64,000 nt of DNA from the human T2T-CHM13v2.0 reference genome, Homo sapiens. Position 1 is the stretch's first letter; the number at the start of each line of letters is the position of its first letter. Made by a program: the position numbers and the translations under genes. Below, one piece after another: positions 1 to 16,719 of the stretch. The stretch lies in NCBI RefSeq assembly GCF_009914755.1, contig NC_060945.1, one strand, 5' to 3'. Below the pieces are notes generated by a model. That model saw only the letters and a list, made by a program, of their open reading frames with translations. It ran no database searches and was not told the DNA's origin.

Positions 1-389
1 CATGTGGAGGCGCGGTACCCTGGCCGTCCTTGCTGGAGGTGAGCAGTGTTCCTTAGCAGCTGCATGCCTGGGGGTCTGGATAGGGAAAAGGAAACGGCAA
101 GGAGAATCAGCCACAGGCAAAGAATTTCTTCCCCACCTGGGCCCTGTAGCCTCTGGGATTCTCTGCCAGCAGGGCACCCTGTGGTTCCTCAAGTCAAGAA
201 TGAAAACAGTTGAAGGTCTCACTGCATGTTCTAGTGATGGCTTGTCTTTTGTTTCCTAAAGTCACGAGGGTGAGACTGGCCAGGGGCTTGTGTGGTTTTA
301 TGCCTCAGGCTCCAGTGCACAGGAGAAAGGGCAGGGTTCACCTCCCAGCTCTTCTGCTTAATGGCTGCATTACCTTGAGCAAGACTTAG

Positions 390-807
390 TGATATGGTTT
401 GAGTCTGTGGCCCTGCCCAAACCTCATGTCAAATTGTAATCCCCAATGTTGGAGGTGGGGCCTGGTGGGAGGTGATTGGATCGCAGGGGCGGTCACTCAT
501 GAAGGGTTTAGCACCATCCCCCTAGCGCTGTTCTTGGGATAGAGTTCTCCTGAGATCTGGTTGTTTTAAAGTGTGTGGCACCTGCCCCCTTGCTCTCTCT
601 TCCTCCTGCTCTGGCCATGTAAGAAGTGCCGGCTTCCCCCTTGCCTTCCACCATGATTGTAAGTTTCCTGAGGCCTCCCTAGAAGCTGAGCAGATGCAGC
701 CATGCTTCCTGTACGCTGCAGAATAGTGAGCCAATAAAACCTCCTTTATTTATCAATTACCTAATCTCAGGTGTTCCTTTATAGCAGTGTGAAAATGGAC
801 TAATACA
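390..807 (+). mobile_element. MaLR solo LTR (MSTA/MSTB-type) inserted into a MIR
   Basis: Starts TGATATGGTTTG, contains TGTAATCCCCAATGTTGGAGGTGGGGCCTGGTGGGAGGTGATTGG, ends GGACTAATACA; MIR-like sequence on both sides. Confidence 0.9.
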
Positions 808-1857
808 GTTGGTGTCATCAAGAGAGCTGTGGAGAATATTAGTACTGAATCCACAGGGGTGATATGAGGATTCTACAAAGACACACCCGAAGTGCCTCGC
901 ACAGCCTAGGGTGCCTAGAAAGTCTTCAGTTCATACCGGGCATAAGTGGTTCCTAGTGGGATTTGGGGGCCTCTAATTGCCTTAAGGCAAGTGCTGCCCC
1001 TCCATCCCCTACTCCTGCCTGTAGCTCTGAATTACATGAGTTCCCTGTGGGCTGGCAGAGTTAGAGCTGTGAGATTCTAGGCTGTAGACATCATGTCCCC
1101 CATCCTAAGGGCCACATCAATTGAAGAATCGCCCTGGGCAACATGCTTGGGGAAAACAACCGGCTGTATTGAGGGTCGTTAGGTTCCTGATGACTTCAGA
1201 GGTCCCAGTGATAGGACCATGGCACCTCTACACAGCTGGCTGGGGCTAGAGAGGCATTTGCCAATTCACTCTGTCTCTGTCTCTCTTTTCTTGCTCTTCT
1301 CTGTGTCTCTGACTCTCTCTCTCAGTCATGCAGCAACAAAAGCTACAGGGCAGGGGCAAGTCACACCACACTCAGAAAACACCGATTAACCGTAGACATG
1401 TGTAATGACAAGCCAAACAAGGTTAGGAGCTTTGTTGAAGGGGTGAAAACCCCAAAGTGTGGGCATGGACTATATTGGGATATCAATCAACAGGGACTTA
1501 AGGAGCAAAACCTGCACGTTTGCATCAAATGCCCCCTGACCTACCAGGTAAGGCCTCCCCACCCCAAACCCCTTTAATGTCAGCATCATCTTTTTAAAAA
1601 GTTATAAATGTAATACATGTTCACGGTAAAAAAAAAAAAAATCTAAATGGCACAAAAAATAAAAATCTCCTTTCTCCTCTCATTTTTTCCCCAGTCTTTA
1701 GAAGTAATCATTTAACACACCATGTGCATTTGCTAGATAATCGCCAGAGTTTTCTTTATCTTGTATTATTCTTTTGGATTGACTGTTTGCTTTAGGTGAT
1801 AAAGTGTTTCTATGATGGTTCAAATAAGGTTCCTGTCTCCAGGTTGTTTAATCCAAC

Positions 1858-2299
1858 TGTATTAGTTTCCTAGGTGACAAACCACCATAAACTCGGTGAC
1901 TTAAAACAGCAAAAGTGTATTCTCTCACAATTCTGGAGGGCAGAAATCTGCCATTGAGGTATTGGCAAAGCTGCAACCCCACTGAAGGTTCTAGGGAGGA
2001 TCCTCCCTGGCCTCTTCCAGCTTCTGGTGACCCCAGTTGCTCCTCAGCTCATGGCAGCCTCACTCCAGCCTGTACCTCATTCCCATACGGCCTTCTCCTC
2101 TGGTCTCTGTGTCTCCTAATCTCCTCTTACAAGGACATCAGCGATAGAGTTGGTGTCCACCAGCCCACCCTAAAACTTGGACATCTCATCTCAAGATCTT
2201 TAACTTAATTGTATTTGCATTGACCTTGTTTCCCCAATAAGGTCACGTTCTGATTCCAGGTGGACTTGAATTTTGGGGAGACATTATTCAATCACTACA
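1858..2299 (-). mobile_element. MaLR LTR (MLT1B/C-type)
   Basis: TGTATTAGTTTCCTAGG...CTTAAAACAGCAAAAGTGTATTCTCTCACAATTCTGGAGG...ACATTATTCAATCACTACA matches reverse MLT1. Confidence 0.8.
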
Positions 2300-2596
2300 A
2301 AGTTCACTCTGTCTCCGGCTCTCTTTTCCTGCCCCTCTTGGCTAAGGCAAATGATCTTAAAACTTTAAGTAGATGTTGACTCATTTTCAATACTCTGACA
2401 ATTTGAGAGCGGCCAGCAGCCAGCGCAGAGTCCCCATCATTGAGACTGAAATTTGAAATAGTGCTACAAGCTCCTTGAGCCACTTTGAGAGGAAACTTAC
2501 CACCAACAAAACTTCCCCCAAAATGATGATGCAAAATCAATAAAGATCTCGATCAAAGATTCTTGGTAACTTCCCAAAGATAAGCAGATCCTTAAT

Positions 2597-2745
2597 TGGC
2601 TGTGAGATCTTAGCCAAAAGTCTCAAAGTCTTCATCTATAAAATGATGATGGCAACGTCATCTATTATTGGTGTTGTGTGAATTAAATGAGGAAATGCAT
2701 TTGGAGTGTTTGGTGCAGTACTTGGAATGTAGTGAATGCTTAATC
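2597..2745 (+). mobile_element. MIR fragment
   Basis: MIR core: CTTCATCTATAAAATG...GTTGTGTGAATTAAATGAG. Confidence 0.7.
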
Positions 2746-2904
2746 AAGGATGACTTTGAAAATCTTAAGAACTGAGAACAGACTTCAGCACAGCATATAT
2801 AATGAACATGACTGGGGATATAAGTGGTTCTTTAAAAAGATGGCATGAAATAAGCCTGTATCAGGGCCCAAGAATAGAAGCAGACATAGCTGGATCTTAT
2901 CATA

Positions 2905-3405
2905 ATGACAGGGCACCAGAATCAGTGTCCCAGCAGGCAGGAAAAGCACACTCAAATTAGGGAAACCCAAGAAAGGCTTAATAAAGGCACCAGGTACAAA
3001 GGTGTAGGGAAACCACCAGGGTTGTGTGGTAACAGGGAGAGGGAGGGTGGTGGAACAGCTGTTACCATCCCTAAAACCAAAGGGATGGAAGAGAGGAAGT
3101 GAGCAAAGGGACAGGGAAGGAGAGAGTCTCTAGAGAAGGTGCCTCAATGCGGCAGTGACCACAGCCACCCTGCAGGATATGGTCAAGGGAATAAAGCCGA
3201 AATTTTACTGTTCTTCCTCCTTCCAATCCCCTGCTGGGGCTCCCCTTTGCTGAGTTAATTTTGAAATCATAGAGCAAGGGAACTTCTGGATCCCTAGGGA
3301 TATGAGTGTGGTCAACCCAGCCCCCAAGAAAGCAAACTTCCTAGGGCAGAAGAAAAGGTGCAGACGCTGGGAGAATCTTGGGGAGGAACCTGGAAAGATA
3401 CCGCC
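2905..3405. mobile_element. Old ERVL-class LTR remnant (LTR33/LTR16-like)
   Basis: Purine-rich LTR-like blocks resembling old ERVL LTRs; subfamily uncertain. Confidence 0.4.
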
Positions 3406-3879
3406 TGCGGCTCTTAATCATTTGATTGTCAGATTGTGGAACATTCTCTTCTGTAGGTGGCACTGCTCTTGCAAGACAAGGAACCCGTGGCTCAGCACCA
3501 CCTGCCATAACTGCACACTGGCACAGCTTCTAGCAATACCCACCAAGCGTCCACTGAGGAACTTACGGTATTTGCCAACTTTGGCAAAGGATAAGATAAT
3601 GTTGTGGAAAATACCATACTCTGCGGCAGTTTTAGGTATGGCTGCAGACACTGCCACATCCCGAGACAGATCGCCCTGAGCTCTTCTAATAAGAGACAAC
3701 TGCTGGGCTACTGTCTGGTGAATAATCGAAATTGCCTGTTGCCAGGGCATGTGACCCACTGTGACTCTCCTGGAGAGCAGCAATCAAGACTAAAGTATTA
3801 GTTCCTGGAGCTGCAGGAGACATTCAGAGTGGCATCTGTTCTCACTGGTTGGCAGCAGAATTGGTTCATTTCAGCCTGC

Positions 3880-3919
3880 AATCCTCTTCCAGTAAATCCT
3901 CTTCCAGTAAATCCTCTTC
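3880..3919. repeat. 15-bp tandem repeat, ~2.6 copies (AATCCTCTTCCAGTA)
   Basis: Direct reading of sequence. Confidence 0.9.
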
Positions 3920-3941
3920 TCCACCCCCATTTACCTATAAG

Positions 3942-4172
3942 ACCTCCTCCTCCCTCTCCACTTCCTCCCTCTCCCTCTTTCCCTTCCCCTTTCCCTCCCT
4001 CCTTTTTCTCTTCCCTTCTTCTCTCTCTCTCTTTCTCTGCCTCCCTCTCTCCTTCCCTCTCCCACCTTCCTCCTTCCTTCTCTCTCTTTCCTCCCTCTTT
4101 CCCCTCTCCCTCCTTCCTCGTTCCCTCCCTCCCTCTCTCCCTTATCCCTCCCTCTCCATCTCTCTCTCTCAT
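3942..4172. repeat. CT-rich polypyrimidine low-complexity tract
   Basis: Almost pure C/T over ~230 bp. Confidence 0.95.
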
Positions 4173-5698
4173 TCCTGCTTGGACATCAGGTTCAGAGGGC
4201 TGATCTGGTCACACTCGTCGCTTCTTGGCACATTTTCAGTGTGGCTTCTTGCAAGGACTCTCACTTGTTTGGTTCTTTAATTTCCTTTTATAACAGCAAC
4301 AGCAATTACCCAACCCTTCCAATGTCACTTTCAGACCAGATGCTGTACCAAGGGCTTTATGTACACTCACTGTTTGCTCCCCACTTGCAAGTGTTGAGAT
4401 GGATTCCACCACGGCCTCCAGCTGGAGGAGCTTGGTAAGTTGCATGTGGTGTCAGGGCTAAGCCCAGGCAGTCTGTTCCTTTGATTTGGGCTCTGCACTG
4501 TCCCCCTTCCCCTCCCCTTAGGTTTAATGGATATCATTTTGTTATGTGTTCCTACAAAACGGATATCATTGTTTTGTAGTCATTTAAAACACAGTCAAGA
4601 AATTATTGTTGTAAATGTCTCTGTTTCTTATTTTCTCTAGGCCTTCGCTTCCCTTGGTGGCCAGGTACTTTCTGGTTCCCCCAGAGGAAATCATTTCACC
4701 CATCCTTTCTTCCAGTGGTGGACGCAGAGTGCTTCCAGCTCTCTGTCCTACAAATAAAGCTGTGACAAATATTCTCAAATATGTCTCCACAAGGGGCCGT
4801 GGGGACATTTCCATGGCCTGGAATCAGAAATGCCAGGCCCTGGGGTGCTGAGGCCTAATTGGTGAGCTAGGCCCGACTGTGCCCAGCCTCCCCTCCCACC
4901 AGTGGGCACAGTTCCAGTGTCCTTCCATCCATGCCAGCACTTGGCATCAGCTGCTGAATTTGTGCCAGGCTAATAGGTGTAAAGTGATTTTCCATGGTAT
5001 TAATTTGCATTTCTCTGACTATTGATGATGGCCAACATTTCCCCCAATGCAGGCGGCCTTTCATCTGGCTGCATTGCAGTAAACTGCTTGTACTCATTTT
5101 ACTATTAGAGCTGCTGGAATTTTCTTGTTGGTTTGTGGGGTTTTTTGTTCTACATTTCTGTTTTTTTATCTGGTAGATTTTATCTGCTGCAGAATCTTCT
5201 CCCTGTCTGTCATGTATTTATTTTTGTCCCTGGGGTGACCATTTGGAACAAAACTCCTTCATTTTCATATAATCAAATGTATTAATATTTCTGTACATTG
5301 GAAGTTTTAAGAAGTCCTACCCTATCTACAAATCATAAAGATATTCTCTTAGATGTCTTTCTGTTATCCTCACCCTTTTACCTTCCTCAGGCAGGTATTG
5401 CTTTCATCTGGAGCGCATGATGATTTCTGTGTTAGGTAGAGATTCAGTCATATTTCGATTGACTGATACAGTCATGGTCTCTCCAGCACTATGTACTAAC
5501 CATTGTCCTCTTTTCCTTATTGAGTTTTGTTCCCCTTTACTATATGTTAAATCCTTTTCAGACACAGGTTTCACTCTGTACTCTCTATTCTGTCTCCTTG
5601 ATATAGTTTCTACTTTGTGCAGCTTGCATGCTGTCTTTTCATTACCATAACTTTGAGATGTGTTTTAATGCCTAGCAGAACAAGCCTACTTCATTTTG

Positions 5699-5884
5699 CT
5701 TTTTTTTTTTTTCTTTTTCTTTTTGAAACAGGGCCTTGCTCTGTCCCCAAGGCTGGAGTGCAGTGGCGTAATCATGACTCACTGCAGCCTCAATCTCTGG
5801 ACCTCAAGGGATTTTTCTCAACTCAACCTCCCAAGTAGCTGGGACCACAGGTGTGAACCACCATGCCCGGCTAATTTTTGTATA

Positions 5885-5932
<48 letters not shown>

Positions 5933-6070
5933 TGTGTATATATATATATTTTGGAGATGGGGTTTTGCCATGTTGTCCAGGCTGGTCCTTAACTCCTGGG
6001 CTCAAGTCATCCACCAGGCTGGGCCTTCCAAAGTGCTGGGATTACAGGTGTGAGCCACCTGTGCCTGGTC
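5699..6070 (-). mobile_element. AluJ with (TG)n/(TA)n microsatellite in the central linker (~5881-5949)
   Basis: Reverse Alu consensus, poly-T at left, degenerate TSD TCATTTTGCT/TCACTTGGCT. Confidence 0.92.
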
Positions 6071-6092
6071 TCACTTGGCTCTTGGCTTTTAA

Positions 6093-6527
<435 letters not shown>

Positions 6528-7387
6528 TAGGGAGAATGATGTCTTTATTCTGGTTTTCACCCATCTAAGTGGCATCTTTTGAGGATTCCTGACATTTTCA
6601 CGTCTATTAACAATGACGTAGAAATGATGTAGAATGTACCCTGAGTGCTTGAAGTAAAGCGTTCCTATGCCTAGCAGGGAGTGCACCTCTGCTGGTCTCC
6701 TACCTTCCACCAAGAAGGATTTCAATGAGGCTCTGGAGAGAGGCATGGCGGCTGGGGGGAAGGCCTCCCTTGGCAGGGGTTTGAGGGAATCCGGATCCCC
6801 TCCCGGGCCCCAGCACCCAGTGTCAACACACGCACTGGCCCTGTGTCCACCACGGCTTGCCTCTGCGTGACTCTCACTTACATACATGTCAATCACCACG
6901 GATGCCCTGGAATTCTAGGTGGTTCCTCATCGCTTCCTTCCGGATCCCCACAGTGTCTGAGTATCCCCAATATCTGCTGCATTTCTCATTCCTGCCCAAA
7001 CCCTTGGGCCTTTCCACTGTTCCTTCTAGAAAACACTCTGCTGGACCTGGAGGTGAGGCAGGGGTCCCTCCTGCTTCTTCTTGTCCCTTCTGGACCTCTC
7101 TAAATGCCTCAGCTTTGCCTCATCTCATCAGATCGCATCCCCCCCTCCCCCGGCTGCAGCCATCTGCAGACTGCTCACTTCTCAGTGATTGGGGCTTCTG
7201 GTTCCCTGTCACTCTCTCCATCACTACTCCAGCCTTAATTCTGCATGATTTCAGTCCATGTGGTTGATTCTTCCAACAAGGAACCTTCCAGTTCCCTGAA
7301 TCTCTCTCTTAATGATTGTGTCATATACACATCCCCTCCTGCCTGCAACCCAAGTGCCTCACTCTTATGGTTCATTATACCTTAGAC

Positions 7388-7580
7388 CTGTGCTGTCCAA
7401 TATGGTAGCCACTAACCACTAGTGGCTATATACATTTAAATTAGTTACAATCAAGAATAAGTAAACATTTGATTTCTTAGTTGCATTAGCCACATTTCAA
7501 GTGCCTGTGGCTAGCAGCTACCGTGTTGGCTAGTGCAGATATTGGACACTTCCATCATCACAGATAGTTCTATTGGAACT
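7388..7580 (-). mobile_element. MER3 (hAT-Charlie) DNA transposon
   Basis: CTGTGCTGTCCAATATGGTAGCCACTA...TTCCATCATCACAGATAGTTCTATTGGA. Confidence 0.85.
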
Positions 7581-7589
7581 TTCTAGCAT

Positions 7590-10179
<2,590 letters not shown>

Positions 10180-10180
<1 letters not shown>

Positions 10181-10579
10181 CTTCTGCTCATTCTAACAGG
10201 GAAGGAAAAAGCAATCAGAGATTTAGGAATTGGGAAGCAAGTGACAAATCTACCATTTTCTGTACCTTCTAAGAAACACAAACAGAATCAAGGGACAAAG
10301 CTCTTGAACTAATGAGTGGGTTCAGAAAGAACGAGCTTACCCAGGCTGGACTCAGTGGCTCACATCTGCAATCCAAGCACTTGGGGAGGCCGAGGCAGGA
10401 GAATTGCTTGAGCCCAGGGGTTTGAGACCAGCCTGGACAACATGGTGAAACCCTGTATCTACTAAAGATATGAAAAATTAGCTGGGCATGGTGACGTGCA
10501 TCTGTGGTCCCAGCTATACAGGAGACTGAGGTAGGAGGATCACCTGAGCCTGGGAGGTCCAGGCTGCAATGAGCCATGA
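10180..10579 (+). repeat. Inverted duplicate of 11015-11423 (tail-less Alu plus ~160 bp non-Alu flank)
   Basis: Reverse complement aligns at roughly 90% over 400 bp, including non-Alu flank and private Alu variants. Confidence 0.95.
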
Positions 10580-10890
10580 CCTTATACTACGTTCTTATAC
10601 TACCTTATAGAATTTGTTTCTTATATTTACTTTTTATTTTCTCTCTCCCACTAGCATCTGAACTTCACGGGAGCAGAGATTGGTTTGTTATTTTGCTCTA
10701 CCTTTAGACTCCAGTACAGTGCATGGCACTGAGCAGGTATGCAACCATTTTTGTTGCATGAGCGAATGTGTCCTGTACAGAGTTTTAATTAATGTTTTTT
10801 TTTTTCCACAGACAGCCTGTAAATTCTTGGCTATATTAATATCTTGATACTTAGAGTTTTAGTTCTTTTTTAGTGGCATCTTATTTTTGA

Positions 10891-12520
<1,630 letters not shown>

Positions 12521-12529
12521 TTAATTTTT

Positions 12530-12905
12530 GTAGGTCTGGGAATCAGATTCTGAGCCTCTGAGCTTTGCATGCTAGGGACTTAAGAATATTTTCTTTTGAG
12601 GGGTGAGAGGAATATGATTGGGTGGAGGGGGAAGGTAAACTGTGATTGAGTTGCCCTTGGTTGAACGCAGGCCATCAGTGGATCCTGCTAGGAGCCCTGG
12701 AGCTAGGATGGCCCTTGAGAGCCATCCCACTGAGGCAAGGGGGCTGAGCCTTTGTCCCCACTCCACCCCCTTCATCAGATGCAGGCAGTCCCAGAAAAAC
12801 CTTAGGAAAGGCAGCTTCCTTTGCCAAGGGCAATTCCTGGACGGCTCAATGCTGAAAAGGGTAGGGTAGGGAACCCAGGAAGTACGCGACAGCATCTACT
12901 ATCTC
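12530..12905 (-). mobile_element. LTR16-type ERVL LTR
   Basis: GGAGCCCTGGAGCTAGGATGGCCCTTGAGAG...GAGGCAAGGGGGCTGAGCCTTTGT. Confidence 0.7.
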
Positions 12906-12969
12906 ACATTCCTGGAGCATCTACTCCAGATCGACTCAGATCTACTCCCTTCACAGAGCAATGTGCTTT

Positions 12970-13170
12970 CAAAGGTGTGCTGAAACCAGCTTGTAACAGA
13001 TTGTGACAGCAGATTGTTAGACTTTTCAGGAATTTTGCAGGACAGTTGTTAAGCCATTGGTAGCTTGAAATAGGCTATGGAGGAAATTTTTACACCATGG
13101 TAATTGGCAAATGCTCCAAGTTAGTATCTTTCCCCCTTTTTTCTAACAGATGATGTAGCAGCACATAATC
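12970..13170 (+). mobile_element. MER63-type hAT-Blackjack DNA transposon
   Basis: GGTGTGCTGAAACCAGCTTGTA...GATTGTTAGACTTTTCAGGAATTTTGC...TTTACACCATGGTAATTGGCAAATGCT. Confidence 0.7.
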
Positions 13171-13184
13171 ATGCTTAATTAAAC

Positions 13185-14117
13185 AGCTGCACCAGCATTC
13201 TGGCTAATCTTTCCTAGGGAAACTCAGGAGAGCCCTATAGTCCTGCAGTCTTTATTGCTAAACTCGTCTCAAAGTCACAGCGCACACTCATCTTCTCCCT
13301 CTACCCTTACACGTTCTGTATTCCCCTGCCCTTGGCTGAGTAGCACTTCTGGTCTAAGTGGCTGACCTCATGGGGGTGACCTAGACCCTCATCCCTAAGG
13401 AGTCTGAACACCTGGCTACCATGTTAACACAGAACTACACTTGGACATTTGTTGTCAAGATTGGGCAGGGGTGTAACAAAAGACACGCAGTGGATCACCT
13501 GGGTGCCAATGTAATCTTCCCTACTGCCACTCATGACAGTAGTCTTACCCACCCCAACGAGCAGGGTCAATGGCCCCTGCTGGGATGGAAATACTTTCCT
13601 GTCTGGTTGGTCTCTTGTCACAAGAAGCTTAAAGAGAGTGGGCAAAAACCACAATGGGACTCTTACTGTGTGCCCTGGAAGAAGCATTCCCTCTCTGTCA
13701 ACTAGGACCTTATACCCACAGCACCTGGAGTGTGTGGGCACGAGAAGTACAAATTTCCCAAGCAGATCGCGGAGAGTAATGGGGAGCAGGGCCACTCTGT
13801 CCTCCCCCTTTTGTTCTTGTGACCGTTTATTGGAGACAAACCACCATATGATGGTCCTTCATGAAGGGTTTAGGCTGCCTCCTGGAGGATGGTGGTTCAT
13901 CTTTGCAGGTTATCACCTCCAAGCTGATGCCTCAGTTGCATCTTCAAACGGTGATTCCAAGCCTTCACTAAATTAGCAGCTTCCATGTGTAGTGTTATAT
14001 GATAGGACCAAGGGATTGCATGCTCAGGTATACACTGCTACACTTCTTTTATTGTAAAGTGGGTCTCTTGACCCACAATATGCAATGTTATGTAGGCTGT
14101 TTAGTTGGTGGATAAAA

Positions 14118-14163
<46 letters not shown>

Positions 14164-14720
14164 TTTTATAAATTTTATCAGACTGTGATGCCGGCTAAGC
14201 TTTCTAGGCAAGAAAGGCAAAACCATACTCAGAAAATGTGTTGGTTTCCATTAAGATGCATTGCTGCATCAGAAAGGGGTCTGATGTAATTAACTTGCAA
14301 AGACGTGTCTTGTTAGTCTTCTCCAGGGATGATGGTATCTTGGAGGCTCAGAGGTAGTCTCTGTTGCTTGCAAATTGGACATTGGGTAGTAGCAGTAGTT
14401 AGATCAGCTGGTGAATAGGAGCCCATGCGTTTGGACTCATGCGTAACCTCCACCCTTGCCATTATGACTCCTTTGTTCAGGAGCCTGCTAGTGTGGCTGG
14501 TGACAGAGGCTGGCTACAGTAACTGGCCAGGTCATTCTGCCCACTTGGTTGTTTAGTGCCCTTTTCATGGTGAATTCTCTCCCTGGGGCATTGACATGGG
14601 ATTGAAAGATCTCCCTTATGTCCATTCACTTGCTTCTTCCAAATTCTCTTTTCCAGGCTCCGAATCAAGCAGCTAAGATATATGGTATTGAGTCTAGGTC
14701 TAGGCTTATTTTGGGTCATT
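13185..14720 (-). mobile_element. ERVL internal remnant (ERV3-16A3/HERV16-like pol, degenerate)
   Basis: Adjacent to the LTR16; minus strand carries decayed RNaseH/integrase-like (HVNA..., ALNNQV) and dUTPase-like text; many stops; (TG)n at 14120-14161. Confidence 0.65.
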
Positions 14721-15324
14721 CATCTCTGTCATTTGCTTGGAATGTATAGTATTTTCAATTGATCTAAATATTGAAACATTGACCAAAAATCATTTTAAAA
14801 TTTAAAAAGAGTAAATGAAAATTTCTGCATTTAGTTTTCTTTCCCTGACTGCATGTGCTATGCTTATGAGAAAGAACTGGAGACTTAACTGACAATAAGT
14901 TAAAAATGGGACAAAACATAAGGCAACGGAAATGCTCAGGCCACATTGATAGAAAAACTGTGTCACATCGTTTCCTTCGTTGCCTGGGTGGGCCGACAGC
15001 ACTTAGAGTGTACATCCATTTATGGGGGTGACATATTTTCCAAAGGGATGCCCAGATTAGACCAAGCCCAGGACTGGTTACAGGAATGAGAAACAATTAA
15101 CTGAGGAGGAGAGAAGTTTGGGGTGAACTTGTTGCCAGAATAAAGTGATGCATTAGTGCTGGCCCATGAATCAACCGCATCCAAATCTGTGGAGGAAATT
15201 CTAAAAAATCCCAATTTCTAGGATGAAACCTAAGATCGTGCACAGCTCGAAGAATCTATTATAAGATAAGGGAGTTGTGTTTTTACAGGCTACCATGAAG
15301 AATCAGGTACAATCCTGGGGAGCA

Positions 15325-15700
15325 TGTCGTAGTCCATTTGGGCTGCTATAACAAGAACAGAATACCATAACCGGGGTGGCTTATAAACAACAGACATTTA
15401 TTTCTCACCGTTCTAGAAGTTGAGAAATCCAAGATCAAGGTGCCAGCAGACTTGGTGTCTGGTATAGACCTGCTTCCTGTCCATAAAGGGCACCTTCTCC
15501 TCTGTGTCCTCACATTATGGAAGGAGCAAGGCAGCTTTCTGGGACCTCTTTAAAAAGGACACTAATCTCATTCATCAGAGCACCCTCCCCATGACCCTAA
15601 TGACCTCCCAATGGTCCCACCTCCTAATACCATCGCACTGGCAGTTAGGATTTCAACACATGAACTTTGGGGGAGGGACCTAAACATTCACACCATAGCG
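15325..15700 (-). mobile_element. MaLR LTR (MLT1A/MSTD-type)
   Basis: AGTCCATTTGGGCTGCTATAAC...CAAGATCAAGGTGCCAGCAGA...ACATTCACACCATAGC. Confidence 0.85.
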
Positions 15701-16264
15701 GAACATTACCACAGAAGAATAAACTGGGACCCATGTAGAACAGGTGTAGGGGTAGAGTGATTCAAGTAAAAAAACCCAAACCAAGTAAATAACCAGGTGT
15801 AGCCATGAGTGGAACAGGCTTCCTCCTGCTGTGGAAAGCTCTGTGTCGTTAGAAGTATTTAGGCAAAGTTTGCGTTGTGGGGATTCTATTAAAAAGAATT
15901 CCAGCTTTGGGAGGGAAGTTAATTTGGAAAAGCTCAAAGGTTCTTTCATTTATTCAACATATATTTGCTGAGCACAAACTATATGGCAAAGGTTATAGGG
16001 CTGAAGAAGACAAGTCCCTGCCCTCTAGGAGCTCACATTCTGATAGAGTGATTTCAACAAAGTCCAGATTTAAAGAATGTCAAAATAGAAGAAGGAGAAT
16101 CCTAAGGCATGTATTAGGGAAAAATTCCACTTAGAAATAAATGTATTCCTATGTTCCTAGCAAGGAGTTAACTGGAAAAAAAAGGAAATAGGAAAAATTG
16201 ATTTTAAGTGTGAATATAGGCATTGGAAAATTGGCAGTATATGAAGTGTTATCAAGTGTTCTGA

Positions 16265-16265
<1 letters not shown>

Positions 16266-16304
<39 letters not shown>

Positions 16305-16310
16305 TATATA
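16266..16310. repeat. (CA)n/(TA)n microsatellite
   Basis: Direct reading. Confidence 0.95.
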
Positions 16311-16719
16311 AATTTAGCATTGTTATATTTAATAGAATGAAATCATGGTGCTTAATTAGCCCACAAATGGAAGAGAATAACAGTTTGGCAGTCCTACAAG
16401 GGAAGCATATGGGCATATTTCCTCTCTTACTCACTGGCCTTGGTAAGGTGTTGGTGCAGGCAGTTAAGCTTTTGAGAAAAGGATGCTGACTCAGGAAGGT
16501 TTTTGAGCTTTCCTTGAGCTTCAGTAAGAGGAAATTTAAATTTGAACATTCCCTTGCTTCCATGATTAGCTTAGAAGTCATAATAAGAATAATGTCATTG
16601 TATTAAATGTATTCAAATTCTATGGTTTAAAAAAGTAGCTTAAGTCTCTAAAGAGTTCTTTGGTATTCTTTTTGAATTTAATGTTAAATTTTAAAAACTT
16701 AAAAAATACACAGATTAGG

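Noticed and set aside
3798-4280. Overlapping 124-143 aa Ser/Pro/Leu- or Glu/Gly/Arg-rich ORFs
   Set aside because: Stop-free only because of the C/T low-complexity tract
13421-14719. Possible domesticated retroviral gene
   Set aside because: ERVL pol remnants are fragmented by stops, frameshifts and a microsatellite
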